A stretch of 64,000 bases of DNA, taken from NCBI GenBank assembly GCA_963802945.1, contig CAWDKY010000017.1:416001-480000 (forward strand). The letters run 5' to 3'. Positions within the stretch are counted from its first letter, which is position 1; every line of letters begins with the position of its first letter. Of the stretch, positions 1-10,662 are shown in pieces. Below the pieces are notes generated by a model that was given only the letters and a program-made list of their open reading frames with translations, did not search any database and had not been told where the DNA came from. A program made the position numbers and the translations under genes. The stretch comes from an uncultured delta proteobacterium (lineage in GTDB: Bacteria; Desulfobacterota; RBG-13-43-22).

Positions 1-424
1 CACTGTGGCCCCCGACCAACAAGGCCCCGGCTTCATGAATTTTTTCCAGACCCCCCTTCAGAATTTCCTTTAAAACCGATTTTTCCAGGCTCTTTTTTGG
101 AAAACAGACGATATTCATGGCCGTCAAAGGTCTGCCGCCCATGGCATAGATATCGCTGAGGGCATTCACGGCCGCAATTTGGCCGAAGGTATAAGGGTCA
201 TTGACAATGGGAGTGAAAAAATCAAGGGTCTGGATCAAGGCCAGATCATCTCGCAGTTTATAGACTCCGGCATCGTCCGAGGTCTCCCTTCCGACCAATA
301 AATTGGGATCGGTTTCCAAAGGCAAGTCGGCCAAAATTTCCTGCAGGTCTCCCGGACCCAGTTTTGAAGCTCAGCCGGCAGCCCGGGCGCCGTTGACCAA
401 ATTAATGGGTTGTTTTTTTCTCAT
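1..424 (-). CDS. selD: Selenophosphate synthetase with selenocysteine (U18); runs off the left edge of the window
   Basis: Manual translation from ATG 424: [20 protein letters not shown](371-373)-ASKLGPGDL...SDDAGVY...[33 protein letters not shown]...LVGGHS; the TGA occupies the catalytic Cys/Sec position (G-U-x-x-K). Confidence 0.95.
341..361 (-). promoter_or_regulatory. Candidate bacterial SECIS hairpin
   Basis: mRNA CUG-GGUC-CGGGA-GACC-UG-CAG starts ~10 nt after the UGA; stem with a G-containing apical loop. Confidence 0.65.
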
Positions 425-435
425 TGATTCTCCTG

Positions 436-1326
436 TTAAATTTCCTTTAAAATAAAATCCTTAAATTCCTGAGCCAAAGGTGAAAGGGTCCTTTGTTTCA
501 GGGTGATGAGATAAAAATTTCGAGACAGTGGGAGTTTCCTGACCTTGATTTCTTGAAGCCGGCCCTGTTCCAGATCCTCAGAGACCGCCCGTCGGGAAAT
601 AATCGAAATCCCTAGGCCGGCCTTCACGGCCTGTCGAACAGCTTCATTGCTTCCCATTTCAGCCGCTACCTGGAGATCTTTCAGGTCGAGATGGACTTTT
701 TTTAGAGCCAATTCCAAAGCTTTCCGAGTTCCTGATCCTGGTTCTCGAAGAATGAAAGGAAGGCTGAAAAGATCTTTGGCCTCGACGGTCTTTTGTTTTC
801 CCTTGATCTGTTTTGGGCTGGAGATGCAAACCATTTCATCTGTGGTCAGCAAATGACTGGAAATCCGCCGGTGTTCAATCAAGGCCCCGACTACTCCCAA
901 CTCAATGGTGCCTTCCAGGACTTTCTCTTGAATATACTGGGTATCTCCAATCCACAATCGAATGCGTATTCCCGGAAATTGTTTTTTAAGGCGTCCGAAG
1001 AGGCCGGGTAAAATATATTGACCGGGGATATTGCTGCCTCCGATCAAAAGATCTCCCACCCCCTTGTCCCGAAATTGTTGCATGGCCCTCAACGAATCCT
1101 GCCGCAGGGCCAACATCTGCTTGGCGTATTGGTAAAGGAACCGGCCGGCCTTGGTGGGCACCACTTCTTTCCCTTGACGATCAAAGAGGGACAGCCCCAG
1201 ATCCTGTTCCAAAAGTCGGATATGTTCACTGACCGTGGGTTGTGAAAGATAGAGAGACTGGCCGGCTTTGGAAAAACTTTTCAGCTCGTAAGCCTTGGTA
1301 AAAACTTCCAGTCGTCTAAAATCCAT
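436..1326 (-). CDS. LysR-family regulator, likely the selenium-metabolism-associated type
   Basis: LysR HTH (SFSKAGQSLYLSQPTVSEHIRLLE), CysL-like REPGSGTR motif; ends 11 bp upstream of the selD start on the same strand. Confidence 0.9.
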   Translation of the reverse strand: MDFRRLEVFTKAYELKSFSKAGQSLYLSQPTVSEHIRLLEQDLGLSLFDRQGKEVVPTKAGRFLYQYAKQMLALRQDSLRAMQQFRDKGVGDLLIGGSNIPGQYILPGLFGRLKKQFPGIRIRLWIGDTQYIQEKVLEGTIELGVVGALIEHRRISSHLLTTDEMVCISSPKQIKGKQKTVEAKDLFSLPFILREPGSGTRKALELALKKVHLDLKDLQVAAEMGSNEAVRQAVKAGLGISIISRRAVSEDLEQGRLQEIKVRKLPLSRNFYLITLKQRTLSPLAQEFKDFILKEI

Positions 1327-1593
1327 TTAAGTGAATCTCCGAAAGCTCAAAGTTGAAAGCTCAAAGCAACTTCTTACGGCCCTATTTTTATATTAATATA
1401 AAGAGTATAAGATAAGCCCCAAGAGGGGTCAAGGGGAAAAACCAGGAGAAAAACTTAAGTGGAAAGCAAGGGCGATCTGGCGATCCGAGGGAACCCCGTA
1501 ATCTCAATCAAAGTTTTCCTTATAGAAGGGAAATAAGCCAATTTTTTAAAAAGGACTTTTCCCTTACTTTCTCCTTTGTGGCTATACGGCCTG

Positions 1594-2829
1594 TTAGTTG
1601 ATTTTTCGGAGGGCTGGAATAAAGAAGAACAATAGAATGGTGATCCCAATGCAGGTGAGGGCGATGACCGCAAGACCGAATTGCGGGCCTAAGGCTTCTG
1701 CAAGACCGCCGGCCAAAACAGCACCGACCGAAACAAAGCCTCTATCCAGGCTCATGAGACTTAAAACGCGTCCGTGGAAATTTTGTGGTGATTCTTCGAA
1801 TAAAAGAGAGATGTTTAATGAATTATAGGTGGTCGTCATGCCCCCGGCGATGATGAGAGCAATGGCGGAAAGGAAGAACCACCGGCTCTGTGAAAGGAGC
1901 AACAGGGCCATTCCGAAGATAACCAAGAAAACCATCAGTATCAAACCTCGCCGGGGTAATTGTCGGATAGAGGCCATCGTCAGGGAGCCGATCAGGGCAC
2001 CCATACCGGTGAGAGCCAGCATCCACCCGGCTCCGGAACGTCCGATATGCAGGACATTAAGTGCCAGGAGGGGCACGAATACCTGATGATAGGGTAGGCC
2101 GATTACGAAAATGACCAGGGCCATACCTACCAGATATAATACACGGCGGTTAGCCGCCATATAGCGGAATCCCTCCAGCAGGTCATGAAGTATTGAAGTC
2201 TTTTCATCAACCCCAGGTTTTTCCACTAAGGCAATTTTAGCGGTCGTCCAGATGACAAAAATAAAAATGACGGCATTCAACAGATAGACCTGCCCGTAGT
2301 CAAGAAAAATAAGCAATACCCCGGCCAGGCTGGCGCCCAATACACGCATGGTATTCATAGCGGCGGTATTCAGAGCGACGGCGTTGAGTATGATGTCTGA
2401 CGGAACCAGGCGAGGTATCAAGGATTGCCTGGCCGGCTGGTTAAAAGCCATAGAGCCGCCAGAGATAAAAGCAGTCACGAAAACGTGCCAGACCGCAATA
2501 CGTCCGGTGAGTATAAGGATAGCGAGAATGAGATGCATGATCATTGTGACCGATTGGCTGATCATCAACACAAACCGTTTGTTATACCTGTCGGCGATAA
2601 CACCGGCCAGAAGTCCGAAAAGAAACTGGGGTACCATTCTCACGGCGACTACAAATCCGACCTGAAGGGGGGAGCCGGTCAACTCGAGGATAAGAAGAGG
2701 GCGCACGACTTGTTCCATCCACATCGTTGCCGAATGACCGAGTTGTCCCAGCCACATATAACGGTAACCGGGATAGTGGAGAGCTTGGAAGGTACCGGGC
2801 ACTTTTGTTCCTTTTTTATCAGTTCTCAA
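1594..2829 (-). CDS. MFS transporter
   Basis: About 12 hydrophobic segments; GVIADRYNKR motif A. Confidence 0.9.
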   Translation of the reverse strand: MRTDKKGTKVPGTFQALHYPGYRYMWLGQLGHSATMWMEQVVRPLLILELTGSPLQVGFVVAVRMVPQFLFGLLAGVIADRYNKRFVLMISQSVTMIMHLILAILILTGRIAVWHVFVTAFISGGSMAFNQPARQSLIPRLVPSDIILNAVALNTAAMNTMRVLGASLAGVLLIFLDYGQVYLLNAVIFIFVIWTTAKIALVEKPGVDEKTSILHDLLEGFRYMAANRRVLYLVGMALVIFVIGLPYHQVFVPLLALNVLHIGRSGAGWMLALTGMGALIGSLTMASIRQLPRRGLILMVFLVIFGMALLLLSQSRWFFLSAIALIIAGGMTTTYNSLNISLLFEESPQNFHGRVLSLMSLDRGFVSVGAVLAGGLAEALGPQFGLAVIALTCIGITILLFFFIPALRKIN

Positions 2830-2876
2830 ACGATAGGCTTTATTTTTTTTAGGAAAACCCCGATTCTGCCGGGACT

Positions 2877-3100
2877 CTCAGAGTTTGACCATTCCGGGAG
2901 AATAAGGAAGCCTCCAACCTGTGAATCGCTCAATGTCTACAAAAGAGGACGCTTTCAATAAAGGCTTGAAAAGTTTAACCCATACCACGTGGAAATGTAA
3001 ATACCGGATTGTGTGGATACCGTAATATCGGAAAAAGAAATTACCTGGGCAAATACGCAGAAATTTGGGATCTCTATTGAAGGGGTTAACATCCCAGGAA
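2877..3100 (+). pseudogene. IS200/IS605-family TnpA 5' remnant
   Basis: From 2966: LKSLTHTTWKCKYRIVWIP*YRKKKLPGQIRRNLG, matching the TnpA N-terminus (SLSHTxWxCKYHxVWIPKYRKK), with an internal stop and truncation. Confidence 0.75.
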
Positions 3101-3361
3101 ACAATAATAGTTGGTGACCCTAGTTTACAGGCGGCAGGGCACGAAAGTCTGGTGATCCAAGGAACCCGTGGGCTCTTGATCATGGACTTCTTCATAAAAA
3201 GGAAGTCGAGAATCCGATGAATCTATTTGAAGCTCGAGGGAATTGGGCTTGGGTGTGGATCTCTAATTGAACATGAATAGCGAGCACATCCTCGCCCCGT
3301 AGTTAACTTGTCTGCTGTGTCAAAAATAATGGGAGTTGTTGTACTAGTTCTCTGAATAGGG

Positions 3362-3407
3362 TGGAGCTGGCGATGGGATTTGAACCCGCGGCCTGCTGAT
3401 TACGAAT
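3362..3407 (-). repeat. att-type direct repeat: duplicated 3' part of tRNA-Thr
   Basis: 46 nt matching 10663-10708 with 2 mismatches; the match ends at the anticodon loop. Confidence 0.9.
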
Positions 3408-3742
3408 TTTTTCTTATTTCTAAATTTGACACGCCAATTATCAACAATTTATCAAAATAATTATAAAAAGTAACAGGACAGTTCGGGAACATTTTCTATT
3501 AAAAAGACAGTTTCTAACCCTTTTCTTCCGCCAGATTTCCGCTATATTTGACAACTATGTAGGTTCTGTTATAATTTCTAAAAATTTATGGAGGGAATAA
3601 TATGAAATAGATTGCATTAAGTTTAACAGGTTTGGAAATATTTTTTATTGTAACTACTATTTTATCCCTTATTTTAAATGTGATTCAATTTATGATTGGT
3701 TATAAAAATAAATAAAATATATTTAGACCAATTTATAGTTCG

Positions 3743-4096
3743 TTGATAGCTATATTTAATGATGTTAAAGCAATCACAATGCGTGCCCAATTAGAACTAC
3801 ATGTACTTGCTAACCCCAAAAACCCACACACTATAGAGACGTTAAAATGGCATGCAAGTTCTTTTACCCAATCGTTTATAACCAACATGCGAGGTTTACA
3901 GGAAGCAATTGTTGGTCTTTTGGTAACGTTGAATCCAAAGGACAGAGAGGGTAAAGAGGTTTTTAGGGCATCTGAATATGGACAAACAGAAGATGAAAAA
4001 AAATTAAAAAGAGAATTTACAGCAAATTTTGTGCGTCAGCAATTTCCACACCTTCAAGGGAATATTAAACCAGAAGAAAAACCAGAAATAAAATAA
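3743..4096 (+). CDS. Hypothetical protein, probably 5'-degraded
   Basis: 117-aa ORF in an AT-rich region; an upstream RBS+ATG (~3602) is followed almost immediately by a stop. Confidence 0.4.
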   Translation: MIAIFNDVKAITMRAQLELHVLANPKNPHTIETLKWHASSFTQSFITNMRGLQEAIVGLLVTLNPKDREGKEVFRASEYGQTEDEKKLKREFTANFVRQQFPHLQGNIKPEEKPEIK

Positions 4097-4186
4097 TAAA
4101 TAGAATATTATTTTTACTTTTGAGGTGGTCCCCAAAAACTGGACAATATGATAAGCTCTGAGTCAACGAGACGAAAGGAGTTGACC

Positions 4187-4468
4187 ATGAGCAAGAAACG
4201 AAAGCAACACCCCCCGGAATTTAAAGCCAAAGTCGCCTTGGCGGCCATTCGTAACGAGGAGACCATCTCCGAACTGGCTGCCCGATTCGGTGTTCATCCC
4301 ACCATGATTCACAGCTGGAAACGAGCCCTGTTGGAAGGGGCCTCAGACCTCTTTGATAAGGGCCATAAAGCCCGCCAGGACATCGAATCTCAGGTCGATG
4401 AACTGTATCGCCAGATCGGACGCCTCAAGGTGGAACGCGATTTTTTATCCAAAAAGCTCAATCTCTAA
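4187..4468 (+). CDS. IS3 transposase OrfA
   Basis: KRKQHPPEFKAKVALAA...HPTMIHSWKR HTH; ELYRQIGRLKVERDFL zipper; slippery T/A runs near the 3' end. Confidence 0.9.
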   Translation: MSKKRKQHPPEFKAKVALAAIRNEETISELAARFGVHPTMIHSWKRALLEGASDLFDKGHKARQDIESQVDELYRQIGRLKVERDFLSKKLNL

Positions 4469-4513
4469 GCCGAAAACAACGGAAGTCTATGATCGACCTT
4501 AAGGATCCCAAAC

Positions 4514-5624
4514 GGCAGATTCTACTTCAAAGTGCACCACTAAGAGCCTGACAGAAGACCGCATGAGGGGTCTGGTAGTGGAGACATTTTCTGGGGCGAT
4601 TATTTAGTTTTTTAACGACAAAAGCAATCTCTTTTTCCGATATCTTTTGGAAATCAGTTCCTTTTGGGAAATATTGTCTTAACAGACCATTTGTATTTTC
4701 ATTGATTCCCCGCTGCCAAGCTGCATAGGGGTCTGCGAAATAGACTTTTAACCCGGTTTTATTTTCGAGCTCTTTGAAATTAGAAAATTCTTTACCATTA
4801 TCAACGGTGAGGGTATGGCGTAGGGTCCGGGGAGCTTTCCGAAAGGATTTAATGCTTTGCTGAGTCATGGTGTTGGAGGTCTTGTCCGAGAGCTTGGCTG
4901 CCAATAGATAACGGCCTTTACGCTCGACATGAGTGGCCAGGCCCCCTTTTCCTTTTCCACCTTCCAGCGTGTCCCCTTCCCAGTCCCCAAACCGTTGGCG
5001 TAAATCAACCAGGGATGGACGTTGATCAATGGAAACACGCCCAGGGATAAAACGTCTTCCCGAGCCATAGCGTCTTTGTTTGCGGCGTTTTTTGTGACGG
5101 CGTCTCTGATAGCAGTAGAGATCGCCACCTTGTTGAGCATCTTGAAATATCCACCGATAAATAGTTTCCTGGCAGATACGCATGGTTTTATCGTTTGGGT
5201 GATCAAGCTTTAGGTGAGCAGCAATAACTTCCGGAGGCCATTCGATACGGATTTTAGCTTCAACATATTCAACCAGCGTACGGTGATCATGCCGGCGATA
5301 ATGCCGGGCTTTATGACGCCGCTCAATGGCCCGGGGTTGTGTGAAATCGTACCAGTATATTCTTTCAGGATAGGTTGGGCCGTTACGTTTGATCTCCCGA
5401 CTAATGGTGGCATGGTCTCGCCCGAGACGACGTCCAATCTCCCGTAGCGAAAAACCGGCCACCTTCAAATGGCTGATGACATATCGATCTTTTTCTGTAA
5501 GATGGGTATAGGGCATGATGGGTCCCTTTCTGGGGTGCGTGTTGGTCGTGCTTCACACACTACCAGAAAATCCCATCATGTCCTGCGGTTATCTAATGTG
5601 GCGCACTTGCAAGTAGAATCTGCC
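4514..5624 (-). mobile_element. IS30-family element (~1.1 kb)
   Basis: IRs GGCAGATTCTACTTCAAAGTGCACCAC / GTGGCGCACTTGCAAGTAGAATCTGCC; imperfect 3-bp flanks AAC/AAG. Confidence 0.92.
4527..5516 (-). CDS. IS30-family transposase
   Basis: [12 protein letters not shown]; [15 protein letters not shown] and [23 protein letters not shown] motifs. Confidence 0.95.
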   Translation of the reverse strand: MPYTHLTEKDRYVISHLKVAGFSLREIGRRLGRDHATISREIKRNGPTYPERIYWYDFTQPRAIERRHKARHYRRHDHRTLVEYVEAKIRIEWPPEVIAAHLKLDHPNDKTMRICQETIYRWIFQDAQQGGDLYCYQRRRHKKRRKQRRYGSGRRFIPGRVSIDQRPSLVDLRQRFGDWEGDTLEGGKGKGGLATHVERKGRYLLAAKLSDKTSNTMTQQSIKSFRKAPRTLRHTLTVDNGKEFSNFKELENKTGLKVYFADPYAAWQRGINENTNGLLRQYFPKGTDFQKISEKEIAFVVKKLNNRPRKCLHYQTPHAVFCQALSGAL

Positions 5625-6691
5625 AAGTAAGCGTCTGCAATCAGTGCCGGTTATTGAATCTGAACCGGTCTTCCGTCTATTACCAGCCAGTGAAAACCTC
5701 GTCCCAGGACTTGGCCTGGATGCGGTTAATCGATGAGCAATATCTGAAGGCGCCCTTTTACGGATCACGATCCATGACGCTTCATTTTCGGAGGTTGGGC
5801 TATAACATCAACCGGAAACGCATCCGAAGGCTGATGCGACGTATGGGGATAGAGGCGGTCTATCCCAAGCCGAAAACCAGCCGGCCTCATCCAGATCACA
5901 AGATCTATCCCTACCGGCTTAGAGAGCTAACCATTGATCGACCCAATCAGGTTTGGGCCGCGGATATCACCTATGTCCCCATGTCCCGGGGTTTTATGTT
6001 TCTGGTGGCGATCATAGACTGGTACAGTCGAAAGGTCCTGTCCTTTAAACTGTCCAATACCCTGGATACGGATTTTTGTCTGGAGGCCGTCCAGGAGGCC
6101 ATTCAGATCTATGGACCTCCCGAAATCTTTAATACCGATCAAGGAGCCCAGTTTACCATCTGGGCCTTTACCGGCTTATTAGAACAACACCAGATTCTCA
6201 TCAGTATGGACGGCCGAGGCCGGGTCCAGGACAATATTTTTATTGGACGACTCTGGTGGACAGTCAAATATCAGTTCCTCTATCTCCGGAGCTTCGACAA
6301 CGGTTCCGCACTGCGTGTTGGGTTGAAGGAGTGGTTCCAGGTCTACAACCAGGAACGCCCCCACCAAACATTTGATATTCTAACCCTGGATGAGGTATAT
6401 TATGGCTTAACTGCTCCAGTGATCCAGGCAGCCTGAGGCCTGTAATAAAGACAAGACTCAAAGCTTATTCACATGTTCAGGTTGTCCAACTACTGGGGTC
6501 CAACACCAGGTCCCGCGGCCATTAATGTAAATACTAGTTCGAAATCACGTTATTCTTGCAAAAAAGAGCAGGTATTGCGCCTTATGCCCTTCTGGGACAG
6601 GAAAAATGGCGTAGAGGTTTCCCACGCAGAGCGTAGGAGTTGGCTAAATTAGAAATTAGAAATCTCCTTTCAAAGGAGATAGAGAATAACA

Positions 6692-7775
6692 TTGTCCCGA
6701 ATTAAAAATCTATCCTCTCCGGTAAAATGCTTGATATTTTTTTTGATCCTGGGGACACTTTTTGCCACAGGCGAGTTTTCGATTCGGATTTATGCGAGAT
6801 CCCACTGGAAACGGGCGATCAGGATCGGGGATCTCTGCCGTTTCGATGATTCCCTGGGCTATCGACTCAAGGAGAATTATGATGGAGGAAGCTTTAAGGT
6901 TAATTCAAAAGGGATAGTTGGGCCAGAATATACGATTGATAAAAAAACATCATATAGAATTATAGTTCTGGGGGATTCATGTTCTTTTACTCCACAGCCT
7001 GATTCATGGCCTTTTGAATTAGAGAAAAGCCTTAATGAGGCGGGGAAAGATAAAACTCTAAAGAGTAAAGTCTGGAGCTTTGAAGTAATAAATGGGTCGG
7101 TTTCGGGATATACAAGCCTTCAATGCGCCGAATGGTATACTACGGAGCTTTCGGATTATAAGCATGAAGCAACGTTGATAATGGTGGGATGGAATGATAT
7201 GTGGTCATATAATCCATTTACTCCCCGCTACACCGAATTTAATCAGAACCGAAAATATAAACAACGTTTCATAGATAAGATTTCTTCGCTCTATACTGTC
7301 AGGGCAGTCATTTCTGTCCTGCGCATGTTTGGAGCGAGGGGCAAATCTTATGACAGTGAGCTGACACCTGACCAGGTCAGCCGGTTCAAAGATTTTTCTC
7401 CGAGCTATTATGAAGAAAGCCTTCGTGAAATTATTAAGAAGGCGAGAGAATCAGGCAGCCAGCCGTTTCTTGTTGAGCGCCCCGCGATTCTTAATGATCA
7501 TATGACATTCAATGAAATCAATCGCTGTCACTTCCCTTTCAAGGTTCCTCATAATGTCGAGATTTTAAAAAAGCTCGATTTGATTTATAATAATGCAATG
7601 GAAAAAGTGGCCCAGGAAGAGAAAGTCGAGATTTTACGCACACGACAGCTTTTTACAACCGATGCAAGAAAGGAAGCATTTTAACGATACCTGTCATTTT
7701 GATTCAGATGCGAGCAGCCGGATCGGCAAGGAAGTCGCGGATGAATTAATTCAAAAGATGGGTTGGAATAAATAA
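6692..7775 (+). pseudogene. SGNH/GDSL hydrolase with N-terminal TM helix, frameshifted near 7680
   Basis: LGDS, INGSVSGY and VGWND blocks; the catalytic D-x-x-H (NDTCHF) lies in another frame after an extra T in GCATTTTAAC. Confidence 0.8.
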
Positions 7776-7934
7776 AGAAACACAGATTCTTTAACCGGAA
7801 ATGCTTAAATTGGTTGTCGTTGATTTTATTTCCTGAGGGTTGTAAAATTACGTAAGGGATGAAGGCAAGTCTTAATTGGTATGGGAATACTTTTATTAGA
7901 CTTGAAGTTAAAAATCCGCTTCTCTCGATAATTT

Positions 7935-8391
7935 ATGGACAAAATATTTTTTAAGATTATCTCCGGTGGCCAGACAGGGATTGATAGGGCAGTTCTCGAC
8001 GTGGCCTTAGAATTTGGCATTCCTTGTGGAGGCTGGTGTCCGAATGGCCGAAAGGCTGAGGATGGCCCAATGGACCCAAGGTATCCCCTTAAAGAAACAT
8101 AGGACAGAGAAGAAGGTAAGGGAAGCTGATGGAACCCTTATTTTGACTAAGGGACCAGTAAAAGAGGGAACTGCCCTAACAGTACAGTTAGCCATTGAAT
8201 ATGAAAAACCTTACCTGATAATTGACTTAGACAACAAAATAGATCCCCTTATGATCAGAGAGTGGGGAGAGAAAAACGAGATTGAAATTCTTAATGTTGC
8301 CGGGCCAAGGGAAAGCAGGGTTCCGGGGATTTATGACCAGGCAGTTGATTTTCTAAAGAAGGTGTTAATTCCCGTAAATTCTGAGTCATGA
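7935..8391 (+). pseudogene. Putative molybdenum-carrier / circularly permuted YpsA (SLOG) protein, frameshifted
   Basis: [18 protein letters not shown]...[13 protein letters not shown]...YPLKET* (7935-8102), then RTEKKVREADGTL...ILNVAGPRES in another frame. Confidence 0.8.
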
Positions 8392-8588
8392 AGATTAAAA
8401 ACACTTTGAAACGAGAATACGCTGTCCTTGAAAAAGAGGTCCGGGAAATTCAAACCCTGGCCAACTCCCTTGATTCAAAAGACCCGAAACAGTTAGAAAC
8501 CGACCTCTGGAACCTCGAAAACAAAATCAATGATTTGAGGTCGTTTATCTGGAACCATTTGATTGGAGAGAAGCAAGATGAGAAGTAA
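8388..8588 (+). CDS. Small coiled-coil hypothetical protein
   Basis: 66 aa with heptad pattern; ATGA overlap with the upstream stop. Confidence 0.5.
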   Translation: MKIKNTLKREYAVLEKEVREIQTLANSLDSKDPKQLETDLWNLENKINDLRSFIWNHLIGEKQDEK

Positions 8589-8785
8589 CCAATAGGCACC
8601 GTGAGGATGAAAGCTGACAATACAGGAATCCATTTTGAACCAAAATATTTAAAGAACAGGTAATCTAAAAGGGCCAAAAAACTTGACCTTAAACAGAGAT
8701 GAAAACTGATAATACTGGATAGGCCGACGACTTTCTACCGGCCCGCATTCCTTCAGGCTTTAGAGGAACCAAGGAGGGTAAGCAT

Positions 8786-8992
8786 ATGGGAAGACTTTTG
8801 ATAGTCTTTCTTCTGTTTTTGATTCCTGGTCTCTTTATCTTCATTGCCAAGGTGCAAATCCCATGGGAGAGGGTTAACGTATTTTGGCTGATGGCGTTTA
8901 TATTCCATATCCCCTTAATGCTGTTTTTTATTTCTGCGGTCATGGTAGAAATAATGGATAGTATGAGAAAGAAAAGATCAGAAATTCTCTGA
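8786..8992 (+). CDS. Small two-TM membrane protein
   Basis: AAGGAGG RBS; two hydrophobic helices. Confidence 0.55.
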   Translation: MGRLLIVFLLFLIPGLFIFIAKVQIPWERVNVFWLMAFIFHIPLMLFFISAVMVEIMDSMRKKRSEIL

Positions 8993-9136
8993 TGCGAATA
9001 AGCTGGGCACCGGAAAATGTTATAGCTCGTGGTAGGGCCGAGAGAAAGCAGAGTTCCGGGGATTCATAACCAGGCGGCGCTCATGACGTGAGCCTAGCGG
9101 TAATAAATCTTGGATAGATTTGAAAAGGGAGATCGT

Positions 9137-9577
9137 ATGAAGAAATTTATAATTGTGATGTTAGCGTGTATGCTGGCGGGATGTGCAATTAATAGTGATC
9201 TGAAACAAAAAAAGAGTGATATCTCTGTTGTCAAAGTGGGCGCAAAACAATATGAAATAGAAAATCAATTGGGAAAGGCATTAGAAACCAAGACGGAGGG
9301 AAACACCAAGACTTGTGTCTATTATGTGTATTATGTTGAATGGGGCAATTATTATGTCAAATCGGGCGATCCGATTGCTAGACAGGGTGTATTGGACGCC
9401 ATAGGAGATTGGACGCTTCTGAAAATTTCGGGTAGTAAAGATGAAGCTGATAAAATAATAAAATTTAAATTCACAATTACGTATCTTGATGATTTTTGTA
9501 CAAATATCAAGGTATTGCCTCTTGAAACAGAGAATCCAGGAGATTTGGGAAAGGGTAAGGAGAACCAGAAACCATAG
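9137..9577 (+). CDS. Hypothetical lipoprotein
   Basis: MKKFIIVMLACMLAG-C lipobox; GGAG RBS. Confidence 0.7.
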   Translation: MKKFIIVMLACMLAGCAINSDLKQKKSDISVVKVGAKQYEIENQLGKALETKTEGNTKTCVYYVYYVEWGNYYVKSGDPIARQGVLDAIGDWTLLKISGSKDEADKIIKFKFTITYLDDFCTNIKVLPLETENPGDLGKGKENQKP

Positions 9578-9792
9578 ACCAAAGAAGGCTAGAAAAAAAA
9601 TAAGAAACAGGAATGTGTTTTACTTGCCTGTGCAGCAGAGGTAATCACCATTTCTAATCATAATCCTTAACTTTTTTATGAAACAATTTAGTAGGAGGTG
9701 AAGTCCCCAGGCAGAAGGGTCTGCCATTTCTTTTCATACTCTTACAAAAAGAACCTATACGGGCTAATCTGACCCTTATTCTGGAGGTCACA

Positions 9793-10341
9793 ATGAGAAA
9801 ACCCATTGCCCCTTTTTTCCTTTTTACAGTTTTTATTTTATTGTTCATCCCTTCCTTGTCCTATCCCCTAAATCTAATCCTGAACAATACTCCGGTCCAG
9901 GTCTATTTCAGCCCTAACGGGGGAGCTGCCGAAGCCATTATTCAAGAGATCGATCAAGCCAAGACAGAAATCCTGGTCCAAGCCTATACCTTCACCTCTC
10001 AGCCAATAGCCAACGCCCTTCTTTCAGCCCACAAGCGAGGAATAAAGGTTCAGGTTATTCTGGATAAGAGCCAGAGGTCTGAAAAGTACACTTCCGTGAG
10101 CTTTATGGCTAATGTAGGTATTCCAACCTATATTGATGACCGCCACGCCATCGCCCACAATAAAATTATGGTCATTGACAGGGAGACGGTTATCACAGGG
10201 TCCTTTAATTTCACTAAAGCGGCAGAAAAGAGAAATGCTGAAAATCTCTTGATCGTCAAGTCTAAAGAACTGGCCAAACCATATATGGACAACTGGAACC
10301 AATATAAGGGTCATTCCGAGCCCTACCAAGCTAGGTATTAG
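9793..10341 (+). CDS. Phospholipase D-family endonuclease (Nuc-like, single HKD), secreted
   Basis: Signal peptide; VYFSPNGG; HNKIMVIDRETVITGSFNFTKAAEKRNAEN. Confidence 0.9.
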   Translation: MRKPIAPFFLFTVFILLFIPSLSYPLNLILNNTPVQVYFSPNGGAAEAIIQEIDQAKTEILVQAYTFTSQPIANALLSAHKRGIKVQVILDKSQRSEKYTSVSFMANVGIPTYIDDRHAIAHNKIMVIDRETVITGSFNFTKAAEKRNAENLLIVKSKELAKPYMDNWNQYKGHSEPYQARY

Positions 10342-10404
10342 GGGGATAAATATGGCTTTGTGTAGATATTTGGAGAAACATGCTTGGCCTAATGGATGAG
10401 TTAA

Positions 10405-10530
10405 GACAAAATATTTCAAGGATTATCTTTGTGGCCAGACAGGAGTTGATAGGGCTGCTCTGGAGGTCTCCTTGGAATTTGGTATTCCTTGTAGGAGTTG
10501 GTGTTCCCAGGGGAGATTATTAGAAGAAGA
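10405..10530 (+). pseudogene. Second, degenerate copy of the SLOG gene 5' end
   Basis: gacaaaatattt..gattatct..gtggccagacaggagttgatagggc..gaatttggtattccttgt closely resembles 7938-8045. Confidence 0.75.
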
Positions 10531-10662
10531 AGGGTTCAAATCGACCGGCAAATTATATCCGATTAATCCTTAGATGTCTTTCTTTTTCACTTTTATAATT
10601 AGTTATAGGTTAGCAATAAATTAAAATAGTTCAGGTAAATTATGTATAACCTATTTAAAATA

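Larger units (their letters stand above)
4489..6436 (+). pseudogene. IS3 transposase OrfB split by the IS30 (bulk at 5625-6436)
   Basis: MIDLKDPK (4489-4512) continues as SVCNQCRLLNLNRSSVYY after the IS30; WAADITY and FNTDQGAQF motifs; NIFIGRLW shows G at the expected catalytic E. Confidence 0.88.
4121..6508 (+). mobile_element. IS3-family element interrupted by an IS30
   Basis: Imperfect IRs TGAGGTGGTCCCCAAAAACTGGACAA / TTGTCCAACTACTGGGGTCCAACACCA; orfA and orfB present. Confidence 0.88.

Noticed and set aside
2878-3195. 105-aa minus-strand ORF
   Set aside because: Antisense to the IS200 remnant and has no recognisable features.
9063-9105. attC-like hairpin (cataacc...gctca tgacg tgagc...ggtaat) before the lipoprotein
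   Set aside because: Too short, with poorly matching core sites; not supportable by eye.
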